Virus record (IMG/VR): IMGVR_UViG_3300024232_000036
Coordinates: 1-38,777 of that record
Direction: 5' to 3' (one strand)
DNA length: 38,777 nt
Origin: a virus
Lineage: Duplodnaviria > Caudoviricetes
In this document: positions 1-8,245 of the stretch, piece by piece
How positions within the stretch are numbered: the first letter of the stretch is position 1
Layout of the letters: every line of letters starts with the position of its first letter
The notes under the pieces: model-generated
The model's database searches: none
Told to the model about the DNA's origin: nothing
The model's input: only the letters and a program-made list of their open reading frames with translations
Made by a program: the position numbers and the translations under genes

Positions 1-1145
1 AAAGAGTAGCGCCTCCGGCCTGTCGGCGTAAAGATGCCCTGTGGGCCGCCATGCCGGGCGGCGTCCTCGATCAAGTAAACCTGGATTTCGTTATGCAGGG
101 CCGGTATGCCGGGGAACGCCTGGTAATAAGAAAAGCCGAAATCCACGCATAACTGATATGGTATCTTGAGGCGCTGGCTCATAGTGTTAGCCAGGATCAT
201 ATAGTTCTTTGCGTGCCCGCCTCGTTTAGCGAGGTCCCGTCGATCGAAGTGCCGCCAGAACTTCTGTTCCGCAAGTTTTCTACAGGCTTTGTAGTCGTAG
301 CGGCGATCCGGGCCGAGCGGCCAGTTTACGGCTGGCCAGATCATGATTGCTACGTGCGTGTGCAGGTCGGGCCCTTCACAAGCGGCAATATAGCCTTCAT
401 CGCCCGACAGGTAAGCAATATTTCTTGCATCGGCTTGTGAGAGGTCAACGTTTCCAAGTTTCTTTCCTCTATCAGCAACGAACATTCGACGCATCTCATC
501 GGTAATATTCTGCCCATTCGTGCCAGTCCACATAGGGTTCTCAGAGCTGGACCAGCGACCTGTGCTAGCGCCAGCAACGTTGAAAGAGAATCGCATTCGG
601 CCGTCTTCGTCGATCGCCTTCGACGTGACTTTAATCTTTTCGCGCGCATCCCTCGAAGAAAGTATGAAGTTACAAATGAGGTAGGCATCTGGACCGATCT
701 CCTTAAGGCGCTCGAGCGCCTCGATAGAGGTAGTTAGCTTCTCTACCCGCTCCTTCTTATCGTACTTGTACTGCGGAGGAAGCCTCATCGACTCGTAGAG
801 GAGCTTTTGGCACTGCTTCGTTGAACGAGGGTTACAGCGCTGCCCACTGATCGTTTCAGATATGACCTCGAAGTACTCGATGAGCCGGGCTTCGTCCTCG
901 TGGAACTTATGGTCGAGCCACATGCGCTCTTCCTGGTCAACCAGAATGCCCCGGAAGGTCATCTCCATAGCAGGCCCGCGCATACCTTTAGTGTACGCGT
1001 AGTGCATCTGCGTTATGGGGTCCTCACGCCAGTGCCGGATCGCCTCCCAGATTTCGGCTGTTGTCGTAACGTCTAGCCCGTTGTAGATTTGATCCGGGGA
1101 GGCCCCGGCTGGATAGTTTTCAGCAAAGTGGAGGACTTTTGCCAT
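1..1145 (-). CDS. polA: Family A DNA polymerase, polymerase subunit (partial, runs off the window); begins with the ExoIII motif
   Basis: Not in the ORF track. Hand translation from ATG at 1145 is open to the window edge: MAKVLHFAENYPAGASPDQIYNGLD (ExoIII YxxxD), RGILVD, NPRSTKQ, TGRWSS, NGQN, motif A DLSQADAR, motif B RDLAKRGGHAKNY, TPTGRRR. Confidence 0.95.
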   Translation of the reverse strand, partial: MAKVLHFAENYPAGASPDQIYNGLDVTTTAEIWEAIRHWREDPITQMHYAYTKGMRGPAMEMTFRGILVDQEERMWLDHKFHEDEARLIEYFEVISETISGQRCNPRSTKQCQKLLYESMRLPPQYKYDKKERVEKLTTSIEALERLKEIGPDAYLICNFILSSRDAREKIKVTSKAIDEDGRMRFSFNVAGASTGRWSSSENPMWTGTNGQNITDEMRRMFVADRGKKLGNVDLSQADARNIAYLSGDEGYIAACEGPDLHTHVAIMIWPAVNWPLGPDRRYDYKACRKLAEQKFWRHFDRRDLAKRGGHAKNYMILANTMSQRLKIPYQLCVDFGFSYYQAFPGIPALHNEIQVYLIEDAARHGGPQGIFTPTGRRRYS

Positions 1146-1483
1146 TTTGAAAGTTTCCCTATCTTACGCTCAGTAAGTGGTATATCAAAGCGCCGAGCCC
1201 ACCGAGCACCAGCCCGCATCCCCCGGCTCCACCCGTAGTCAACATATATCGCCATAGCATCTGCACGTTTAATGAACTCCACAGCTAAGCGAAGGCCGAG
1301 CTTGCGCGCTTCTGGTGAACGGTCGTTCAGCATTTGCGTGAAGAAGCCATGAGAAGCGAATGGAGCCTCGCCACGGGAGATTGAGTCCGCGATGGCGAAG
1401 CGGAGATAGTTCCAGTTCCTGATCAGGCCCTCTGCGGTTTTCGAGGCATACCGGCTCTCGATAATGACGAGGGGAAGTCGCAT
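1073..1483 (-). CDS. Conserved phage protein with a nucleoside-deoxyribosyltransferase-like Rossmann fold
   Basis: VIIESRY...RGEAPFASH...YVDYGWSRGM pattern. Coupled to the upstream gene by a TAATG overlap; overlaps the polA start by 73 bp. Confidence 0.65.
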   Translation of the reverse strand: MRLPLVIIESRYASKTAEGLIRNWNYLRFAIADSISRGEAPFASHGFFTQMLNDRSPEARKLGLRLAVEFIKRADAMAIYVDYGWSRGMRAGARWARRFDIPLTERKIGKLSKWQKSSTLLKTIQPGPPRIKSTTG

Positions 1484-2466
1484 TATTTCTCCTTGCCGAC
1501 ATCGCTTCCTCTAGGCCGCTTAGATTTCCAAGGCGGCGTCGCGGCGTAGACGGCAGCCAAGGACTCCAGGTCTTTTGCTAGCTCGGAGTACCGAGCGTGA
1601 TGCAAGAGCATAGTGTCTTCGATTGGCCCTGTCGGGTAGATACCGTAGTGGGCGAGCCAAAAAGTGTCGTATTGGCCGTTCTGGAAGATTTTCGGAACCG
1701 GCCGCTGAAGCTGCTTACGGAGCCAGGCCCATGCAGCTATTTCTTCCTCTCGTGTTTCCCAGTAGTGATACCCAGGCTTTGAGCGATCAACGAAAGGGAT
1801 GACGATACCGAGGCTCGGACGAGAGGCCAATCCAACCATAGTAATGAGCTTGGACCCAGTTGTTTCAATGTCACAGGCGATGTAGCTGGCGGACTCGAGA
1901 TAGTATTCCTCGAAGAGCAAGAGGTCTGTGAGGGTCGGTTCGAGCCAGAGCGTTTTATGTGTGTGCCGCACCTCAGGAAAGGCACTCTCACGTTTCGCCT
2001 TGATGATATCCACCTGGACATTAGCGCGGGCAGTCGCTCCCTGGAAGATAGAGAGGAGGGTCGGAAGCACCTTAACTGGACGGAGAGTGCCCAGTAAACA
2101 GTGACCCCGGATCGATGAGACCCCCGTGAGGCCCGTAAGGGCCCGAAGCGCTGTGTTACCCATAGCGAGTATAAGATTTGGCTTCGCCGCATCGATCTCC
2201 TTTCCGAGGCGTTGTAACGCCGCCTCTCTTATTTCGTCGTTCTCCCAGAGGCGAGAGATGACGTCTCCAGGAGGTCTTTCATTGAATACGTTTGAAAGAG
2301 AAAGATCGGCTCTCTTGAGCCCAACATTTCTGAAAAGCTGAAATAACGCATGGCCGTATCGGCCCGTAAGGGGCGAACCAGTGACTTCTTCTGTTTCTGC
2401 AAATGCTTCTCCTACGACCATCAGGGGCGCGCCTGGCACAAGGCTGTCGGACCACCGACCAGGCAT
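1483..2466 (-). CDS. Uracil-DNA-glycosylase (family 4)-like domain fused to the N-terminal part of a 3'-5' exonuclease (first piece of split PolA)
   Basis: LMVVGEAF, SNV...RPP and PNLILAMGNTAL (UDG4-like), then ACDIET (ExoI), QNGQYD (ExoII) and DTMLLHH. No ExoIII motif in this ORF. Confidence 0.88.
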   Translation of the reverse strand: MPGRWSDSLVPGAPLMVVGEAFAETEEVTGSPLTGRYGHALFQLFRNVGLKRADLSLSNVFNERPPGDVISRLWENDEIREAALQRLGKEIDAAKPNLILAMGNTALRALTGLTGVSSIRGHCLLGTLRPVKVLPTLLSIFQGATARANVQVDIIKAKRESAFPEVRHTHKTLWLEPTLTDLLLFEEYYLESASYIACDIETTGSKLITMVGLASRPSLGIVIPFVDRSKPGYHYWETREEEIAAWAWLRKQLQRPVPKIFQNGQYDTFWLAHYGIYPTGPIEDTMLLHHARYSELAKDLESLAAVYAATPPWKSKRPRGSDVGKEK

Positions 2467-3725
2467 TAGACAACTCCATCGATTATGGAATCTGTGGCCA
2501 TCCGGCGTCTGACGGTGTGGTGAGAGAGGTCCACGTACTTTTGCTCAGTATCAAGGCCAACAGCGCGTCTTGCTTTGAGGCTAACCGCCGCTGCAATGGA
2601 AGTGCCGCTTCCACAAGTCGGGTCAAGGAGGTCTGTGTTCTCATCGACCAGCATGGAGAGGAAATGTTCGACAACCGGGAGGGGCTTTTCAGAAATGTGC
2701 TCGCTGTCAGCAGAGCCCCTAGGGTGAGAGATAGAATTGGAAACAGGCCTAACGATAAAACGGTCTCCCCATGTGATGAAGAGGGCCATTTCATAAGTCC
2801 GCCTGGGCCCTCTTCTGGGGTCCGGTATAATACCTGCCAGGTCTGATTTGTGCCAGATAAGCGGGTACTCATCTACAACGAACCCAGGCTCGGACCTAAA
2901 CCGCCCAGCCGCAGCGGCTCGATGCTTTGCTGCGGTCCAGAATACCATGTGCCCAGAAGGGGCGAGGATCTTAGGCCGTGCGATAAGTAGAGTGTCGAGG
3001 AGCTGAAAGAATAGTTCAGGTCGGTCATCATATCGATCTGACTGACGAGAAGCCTGCATTTGAGCGTCGTGCATAGACAGCCCGTAAGGGAAGTCACAGT
3101 GGAGCACATTGAAGGGTCTCCCATCGTAAGCTATAGCCCAGGAAAGGAAGTCAACACAGTATAGCTCGAAGGGCGCCTTCGGTGCCACTGGCCCCATTGG
3201 CATAAGCTGATCGGTGATAGCAGCATCAATATCCCGCGCCTGCCGGCGCGCATACTGGTTATAGATTGCCTTGGCTGAGGTTTCCTTCAGAAGGCCAGGG
3301 TTCTTCTTGATCTCCTGCTCGACAGTCAGCATCCGGCTAACAAAGGCGGGCGTGACATTCAGGGCGGCTGCTGTACGAGCGGCCGTCCAGTCCGGCTGAG
3401 TGGCCGTATAGGCGTCGTGGAGCTGCCGGATCGCTGTTACCTGATCTTTCCAGTCGAGGTCCGACCGCTTCAGGTTCTCTTCCAGCTCGAGTATCTTTCG
3501 TTCTTCTGTTGGAAGGTCCTCCCAGAGGGTGACTTTGATTTCTTCCAGCCCGAGCGCCTTGTGCGCCTCGAGGCGCCGCTCGCCAGCAATCAGCCGCCCG
3601 CTCCGATCCACGACGATAGGGTGCAACAGGCCGTTCCGCTTGATGCTCGCCTTCAGTTCTTCGAGCTGGGCCGGATCGATAGCAGAGCGCTGTCGGTCCT
3701 CGACCTTAATGTCGGATATCCGCAT
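2466..3725 (-). CDS. ParB-like N-terminal domain fused to an N6/N4 DNA methyltransferase (beta-type motif order)
   Basis: GLLHPIVV...LIAGERRL...ELEENLKR (ParB), then CDFPY (motif IV), HISEKP and LLDPTCGSGTS (motif I). Confidence 0.88.
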   Translation of the reverse strand: MRISDIKVEDRQRSAIDPAQLEELKASIKRNGLLHPIVVDRSGRLIAGERRLEAHKALGLEEIKVTLWEDLPTEERKILELEENLKRSDLDWKDQVTAIRQLHDAYTATQPDWTAARTAAALNVTPAFVSRMLTVEQEIKKNPGLLKETSAKAIYNQYARRQARDIDAAITDQLMPMGPVAPKAPFELYCVDFLSWAIAYDGRPFNVLHCDFPYGLSMHDAQMQASRQSDRYDDRPELFFQLLDTLLIARPKILAPSGHMVFWTAAKHRAAAAGRFRSEPGFVVDEYPLIWHKSDLAGIIPDPRRGPRRTYEMALFITWGDRFIVRPVSNSISHPRGSADSEHISEKPLPVVEHFLSMLVDENTDLLDPTCGSGTSIAAAVSLKARRAVGLDTEQKYVDLSHHTVRRRMATDSIIDGVV

Positions 3726-3737
3726 GGGGGCTCCGAG

Positions 3738-3764
3738 AGAAAGGGGCGGCCCGAAGGCCGCCCC
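3738..3764 (-). terminator. Intrinsic terminator-like hairpin after the SSB-like gene
   Basis: Minus strand reads GGGGCGGCC-TTCG-GGCCGCCCC-TTTCT. Confidence 0.7.
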
Positions 3765-3770
3765 AGTTGG

Positions 3771-4202
3771 CTACGTCCGATCCGGGCCGAGTTCGTTGAC
3801 GAAGGAGACCATTTCGGAGGGCCTCCGCTTGGACGGCTGCATCACGATCGTGCCAGTGCAGTACTTGCCCTGGAGATCCGGGACGATCTGCTTGAAGGTC
3901 CGGCCTGCCACCTGCACGCCCATCGCTTCAGCAAATTCCCGGAGCCGATAGACCGCATCCTTCGTCATGAAGAAGGAGTAGTTCTGGAGGCGGTTGTTCC
4001 AGTCCTCCGGCAGCCGGCTCTGATCCACGTCAGCCAGCGCCGCGATCGGCTTCAGTTCCAACTCGATGAGGGGGGTTTTCTTCTCGTTCTGAGCCGCGCC
4101 CGGCGTGTGCTTCAAGATGAGGAAGCGGTAGGTGCCGCCAGGGAACGGCGGCGGCCGGATCGCAGTTTCGGCAGACATGTTCATGACATCTTCGAACGAC
4201 AT
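3771..4202 (-). CDS. Putative single-stranded DNA-binding protein (DUF669-like OB fold)
   Basis: PPPFPGGTY...KKTPLIELEL...YRLREFAEAMG pattern; lies directly downstream of a Sak4-like ATPase and exonuclease. Confidence 0.6.
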   Translation of the reverse strand: MSFEDVMNMSAETAIRPPPFPGGTYRFLILKHTPGAAQNEKKTPLIELELKPIAALADVDQSRLPEDWNNRLQNYSFFMTKDAVYRLREFAEAMGVQVAGRTFKQIVPDLQGKYCTGTIVMQPSKRRPSEMVSFVNELGPDRT

Positions 4203-4228
4203 AGCTCTTCTCCTGCCCTGAGGTTGCG

Positions 4229-5053
4229 TTACGCCGCTGGCTGGGCTACCGACGGCGCCACCTGGACGGTATCCAGGAAGCGGAAAAACATTGCGAGATC
4301 AGCTTTCATTTCGCTTGGAACGACAGAAGGTGCAGGTGTTTTAAGGTCTAGTGCTGCCGTCATGCGAGTGTGCATGATGACTTCGATCTCCCCCTTTGGG
4401 TCCTTTCGCTTTTCGAGCGAAAGCATGGAGTTGAAGAAGCGCGGAACCTTAGGAGGGAGCTTGGAGCCGAGAGCGAGCGGGAACCCTTTAAGGGAACCCT
4501 GCTGCTCCGGTGAGCCGGTGAACATGATGTGAGAATTGACCACGACGTTGCAGGTAGTCATGTCAGAGAACACTGTCTCCAAGTACTTCTCTACCATGTC
4601 CATCGCGGTGCCGTAGTCAGGAATGGTCGCCCGCTCGAAGTGGTTGTTCATCGCCTGGACGTATCGCAGGCAGGCATCACCGAAGAAGCCTAGGGTATCC
4701 AGAATGAGCACGTCTTTAGTGCCCCAGGTCCGAGGTGTACCGAGGTTCCCGCTCTTCTCGACCCATCCTTTGGAAAGGTCGCTCATGGCCGTCATGGCTG
4801 CCATAGGGATGCCGTGCTCCGCAGAGAGCGGCTTGTCGGTGTACGTCTTGACTAGGACGTTCTGGCGTTTGTTCACCGGGAGAATGCCCGGGTCGAGGAG
4901 GATCTCGATGCCGGCGTCGAAATCCTGCACGAAGCAGCGGTAGTCGGCCTTCGCCAGGGAGCCGATCAGGGCTGTCTTGCCGGTGCCGGAAGGCGCACAC
5001 ATGAGGACCTTGTGCGGATGGGGCTTCACGGACATATCTGCGAGGGATGTCAC
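4229..5053 (-). CDS. AAA-family (Sak4/AAA_24-like) ATPase, recombination
   Basis: Walker A APSGTGKT, DFDAG, Walker B VLILDT, VVVNSH. Start moved to GTG 5053 because of a GTGA overlap with the upstream stop. Confidence 0.8.
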   Translation of the reverse strand: MTSLADMSVKPHPHKVLMCAPSGTGKTALIGSLAKADYRCFVQDFDAGIEILLDPGILPVNKRQNVLVKTYTDKPLSAEHGIPMAAMTAMSDLSKGWVEKSGNLGTPRTWGTKDVLILDTLGFFGDACLRYVQAMNNHFERATIPDYGTAMDMVEKYLETVFSDMTTCNVVVNSHIMFTGSPEQQGSLKGFPLALGSKLPPKVPRFFNSMLSLEKRKDPKGEIEVIMHTRMTAALDLKTPAPSVVPSEMKADLAMFFRFLDTVQVAPSVAQPAA

Positions 5054-5475
5054 AGCTGCTCTACCTCTTCCATCATGATGTTTGAGAACTCTTGCGCTTC
5101 CTGAGGTGTGCCCTTGTTCCAGGGCCGGAAGGCGAGGAGCCGGCTCGGCTCGGGGAAGTTGCCGGAGAACTGGAGCGCTCGGTCGTCGATTATGAGATAA
5201 GCCATTGGCTTGGCTATCGGCCATTGCAGGCGTTCGCGGTATTCGGCCTCGAGCCCGTTGTCAGCGAACCATTTCTGGATCGCCTCCACGCCGCCCGGAT
5301 GCGCGCTGCGGCCTGAAAAGATCGCTACCTCGAAGTGATCGAGGGCTTCGCGGATGAAGTTGAAGGCCCCGGGCACAGGGCCATCAGCGATGTTCAGCAC
5401 ATCGGTCCATCCGCTCGTGTAGAGGTGGACTACGCCGTCGAAATCAAGGCTGAGAAGGGGCTTCTTCCAAGGCAT
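5050..5475 (-). CDS. HAD-superfamily phosphatase
   Basis: LDFDGV (motif I), IFSGR (II), AKP (III), IIDDRA (IV). Start at ATG 5475 via a TAATG overlap. Confidence 0.82.
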   Translation of the reverse strand: MPWKKPLLSLDFDGVVHLYTSGWTDVLNIADGPVPGAFNFIREALDHFEVAIFSGRSAHPGGVEAIQKWFADNGLEAEYRERLQWPIAKPMAYLIIDDRALQFSGNFPEPSRLLAFRPWNKGTPQEAQEFSNIMMEEVEQL

Positions 5476-6515
5476 TAGCTGCTCCAATCGTCCGCACCGC
5501 TGCGGATCTCTAGAGGGTTCCACTGTTTCTTCAGGAAGTGCTGTTGCAGGATCATCGGCCGGATGCTCGGGTCTTTCGAGCAAACGCCTCGGAACTGGCA
5601 GCCAGCGTACTTATGGCAAGACGACTCGTTGAGCGGCCAGGGCTTGTTGCCGTAGCGGAGGGCGTAGCCCTGAGCAATGCTAATCCACTCTAACGTGTTG
5701 GCCAGCCATTCATCGAGCTGGGCCTCCGTCCGCGGAGCGATGTGCCGGTGGACGCGAGTGAAGGTGACGGCTACCTGACAGGCGTCCACTATGATGCCGG
5801 AGACAGGCTTGTCGATCAGGACCTTGCCAGCGGTGAGGTATCCGGAGGTCTGCGCGTCGATAGAGTACTTGATGAAATACCACTGGCCGAGCGTAGAGGT
5901 CGTGTGCTTCCGCTCCTGGATGAAGGTTTCTCCGGCGAACTCACAGATCTTGTCGATGTGCCCACAATAAATGAAGGCGTCACCGTCTGGGCTCGTGAGT
6001 GGGAGCATGAAGCGGAAGGAGATTTCTAGGGCTGCTTCCCCGCTCTGAAGTCGGACAGTTTTGAGGGGGTCGTTGATGGCGAACTGCTCGGTGTACCAGA
6101 TGATGCTTCGGACGAGGGTCTGCCGCGTGCGGTTGGAGTCTCCGTGCCAGAAGATGAGCGTTTCCTGGGCACCTTCTGTTCCTGCAGGGACCTCACGTAT
6201 GCCTCCATCTGGGAGCAGTAGTCCATTAACTCGGCGCACAGTTTCGCGGAGGGCTTGGGCAACGACGAGCGAGAGCGACGCATAGTGGTCTGTTCCTTTA
6301 AGGCGGTGCCGGTCATAGGCCTCCAAGTAGCGATGGAGAAGCCCACCGAATACGAGGGGAGGGGCGGTGTCTTTTGGTATCCAGCCTTCGATGATAGCTA
6401 GCTGGTATTTGCGAGCACATTCTTTCAACAGGCTTATGGAACTGTTGTCCCAGGCGTGTTGCACTAGGGGTGCTGTGGTGCAGAAGAGCTGCGTGCTAGG
6501 TGCCTCGGCTGGCAT
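5475..6515 (-). CDS. PD-(D/E)xK exonuclease, Cas4/RecB-like, with Fe-S cysteines
   Basis: SSISLLKECARKY, FGGLLH, GHIDKI...QERKHT, QTSGY, and C-terminal SCHKYAGCQFRGVC. Confidence 0.85.
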   Translation of the reverse strand: MPAEAPSTQLFCTTAPLVQHAWDNSSISLLKECARKYQLAIIEGWIPKDTAPPLVFGGLLHRYLEAYDRHRLKGTDHYASLSLVVAQALRETVRRVNGLLLPDGGIREVPAGTEGAQETLIFWHGDSNRTRQTLVRSIIWYTEQFAINDPLKTVRLQSGEAALEISFRFMLPLTSPDGDAFIYCGHIDKICEFAGETFIQERKHTTSTLGQWYFIKYSIDAQTSGYLTAGKVLIDKPVSGIIVDACQVAVTFTRVHRHIAPRTEAQLDEWLANTLEWISIAQGYALRYGNKPWPLNESSCHKYAGCQFRGVCSKDPSIRPMILQQHFLKKQWNPLEIRSGADDWSS

Positions 6516-6705
6516 CCGCGTTCTCCTTCTCGAGCTGTCGGCGCAAGTGCCTGGCCGCGTGCTCGATCTTCCAGCGCCGATCGGCCGTCCAGTGTACCGT
6601 AGTACAGAGGTTCTCGATCTCCCGGAGCACTTTCAAGATATCTGTCAGCGAGGTGAGGACTGTTTCACGCATTCTTAGGCGGAGGTTCTGGCTGTTGGTT
6701 TCCAT
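6496..6705 (-). CDS. Hypothetical protein
   Basis: ORF tiles the operon on the coding strand. Confidence 0.5.
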   Translation of the reverse strand: METNSQNLRLRMRETVLTSLTDILKVLREIENLCTTVHWTADRRWKIEHAARHLRRQLEKENADASRGT

Positions 6706-7003
6706 TGAGGGCCTCGATTTCTTTAGCGATGGCTAGCGCCACCTTTACGGCCTGCCGGTGCTGTGCAAAGATGCTCGCCGACCGGACGTAGCGCTGGGCG
6801 AGCGCCTCGCTCGTTGAAGCGTGCTGACGGGCGATAGCAGCGGCCTGTTTGATAGCAGCTATGCGCTCGTCAGGGTGTGCGCCGGTGCAAGTCTCAGTGA
6901 CGTGCAGAGCCCGGGCTTCGCGGTCGGTGATGCCACAGCGAGAACACATAGACTCGCCGTGACCGACGTTGCTGGGCACCCAGAGGTGCTGTAGGCCGCG
7001 CAT
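6665..7003 (-). CDS. Hypothetical protein with an H..CxxC..C zinc-binding-like N-terminus
   Basis: QHLW...CSRCG...ETC; TGATG overlap with the upstream gene. Confidence 0.55.
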   Translation of the reverse strand: MRGLQHLWVPSNVGHGESMCSRCGITDREARALHVTETCTGAHPDERIAAIKQAAAIARQHASTSEALAQRYVRSASIFAQHRQAVKVALAIAKEIEALNGNQQPEPPPKNA

Positions 7004-7185
7004 CAGCGGCTGACCTTGATGAGGATGTAGACCGGGGCCGGGTTCGACTCACTGGTCGAATACAGCGCGCCCTGTGCGAGGTCTAGGGCGTCAGAGAGCT
7101 TCTCTCCGAGCGGGCCGGCATCGTTGCTGAGCCAGTTCCGCACGTCCTCGACGTTCGTCTCGAGCAGGTAGTCGGGTTCTTTCAT
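7003..7185 (-). CDS. Hypothetical protein (60 aa, MKEPDY...)
   Basis: Start reassigned to ATG 7185 (TGATG overlap; AGGAG upstream). Confidence 0.55.
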   Translation of the reverse strand: MKEPDYLLETNVEDVRNWLSNDAGPLGEKLSDALDLAQGALYSTSESNPAPVYILIKVSR

Positions 7186-7307
7186 CAGAAGGCTCCTAGA
7201 GCATGAAGAGCGAGGAAGATGACGAGCCAGACGATAGTAACTGCGATCGAGCCGCGCCAGAACCAGTACCACTCGAACGCATTGTTTGGAAGGATGGATT
7301 TCTGCAT
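7185..7307 (-). CDS. Small single-TM membrane protein (40 aa)
   Basis: MQKSILPNNAFEWYWFWRGSIAVTIVWLVIFLALHALGAF; exactly fills the gap between its neighbours. Confidence 0.6.
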   Translation of the reverse strand: MQKSILPNNAFEWYWFWRGSIAVTIVWLVIFLALHALGAF

Positions 7308-7308
7308 C

Positions 7309-7581
7309 TCAGATATCCAGGTTATCGATGGAAAGGGAGGCGTTCGCTGCCTTCTTCGCATCGATGTTAGGGTCTCCGTTTTCCTTCTTTTTCTTCCTGA
7401 ATTTTCCTTCCGCTTCCATCTGCTGGAAACGATGACGCTCCGCTCGAAAGTAGTCGATGATGCTGGAAAGGTCCTTCTGTGTTATGAGAAGGGGGTCCTT
7501 CCGAAAGAGTTCTTCCAGGCCGTCCTCAGTCACCTGGGCGAGGATCGGTTCTGGGACCGGGCCGCTCGGTAACTCGCTCAT
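7309..7581 (-). CDS. Hypothetical protein ending in LSIDNLDI
   Basis: 90 aa ORF, LEELFRKDPL...IIDYFRAER. Confidence 0.7.
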   Translation of the reverse strand: MSELPSGPVPEPILAQVTEDGLEELFRKDPLLITQKDLSSIIDYFRAERHRFQQMEAEGKFRKKKKENGDPNIDAKKAANASLSIDNLDI

Positions 7582-7792
7582 TCTTCTCTACCTTTCTCCA
7601 GTCGATACGGGCGCTGTAGCACGCATGTAGAATGCTGATCGGATCGAGGTGTGCGTACTCTGGCGGGACCGTCACGAGCCGCCAGGTAGGCAAGCGCTGT
7701 GTCTGTTGCTGCGTATGTAAGAGTTCCTTCTCGATGACGGTCGGGTACTCTTCACCGCTTAGTTTCCGCATGACCTGAATGACCCAGGTCAC
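7526..7792 (-). CDS. Hypothetical protein
   Basis: GTGA overlap with the upstream gene. Confidence 0.5.
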   Translation of the reverse strand: MTWVIQVMRKLSGEEYPTVIEKELLHTQQQTQRLPTWRLVTVPPEYAHLDPISILHACYSARIDWRKVEKNERVTERPGPRTDPRPGD

Positions 7793-8028
7793 TGAGGCGA
7801 CACCAGGTCGCTTTCTAGCGGCCCGAGGTCGGGTAGCTGAATGTCTGGTGACCTGGCGCGAAGCGCCTCTGCCGTGCGGTCATCCAGGAACTTTAGCTGC
7901 CGCTCGATCAGGGCTCGGATCACGCGAGACTGCGCGCCGAACCCAGGGAAGTAGCTTTTAAAGCGGTCCATCAGCTCCTCGTCAAGCAGGAGGTGGAGAT
8001 GGACTTTTCCGGGCCTTGATTTTGACAT
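7789..8028 (-). CDS. Putative ribbon-helix-helix DNA-binding protein
   Basis: Alternating beta strand KVHLHLLL, helix DEELMDRFKSYF, turn, helix SRVIRALIERQL. Strong RBS (AAGGAG). Confidence 0.6.
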   Translation of the reverse strand: MSKSRPGKVHLHLLLDEELMDRFKSYFPGFGAQSRVIRALIERQLKFLDDRTAEALRARSPDIQLPDLGPLESDLVSPQ

Positions 8029-8239
8029 AGATACTCCTTGGGATAAGCAGTAGAACGAACGGGTCTCCCGGCTTGCGGAGAACTAACACCGGAAAAGGCG
8101 ATCCCCTCTTGCGCTCCTCTTGCCGGACAGTGCCGAGGCACCGTTTCAAGTGCTCAACGTCCTGAGATCGGACCGCCAGCCCGTAAGGAGAGCTGAGGGC
8201 CCGATCCAGGAGTTGAATGCAGATGTCCCTGTTAGACAG
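7982..8239 (-). CDS. Unannotated 85-aa ORF with no ATG (CTG start or read-through)
   Basis: LSNRDICIQLLDRALSSPYGLAVRSQDVEHLKRCLG...; fills the 217 bp gap and is in frame with the TAA of the upstream gene. Confidence 0.55.
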   Translation of the reverse strand: MSNRDICIQLLDRALSSPYGLAVRSQDVEHLKRCLGTVRQEERKRGSPFPVLVLRKPGDPFVLLLIPRSIYVKIKARKSPSPPPA

Positions 8240-8245
8240 GGGTGC

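Noticed and set aside
3417-4532. 371-aa plus-strand ORF
   Set aside because: Antisense shadow of well-supported minus-strand genes in GC-rich DNA; no recognisable motifs.
5475-6515. Cas4-like nuclease as a sign of a CRISPR system
   Set aside because: No repeat-spacer array or other cas genes. The exonuclease-ATPase-SSB context is a standard phage recombination module.
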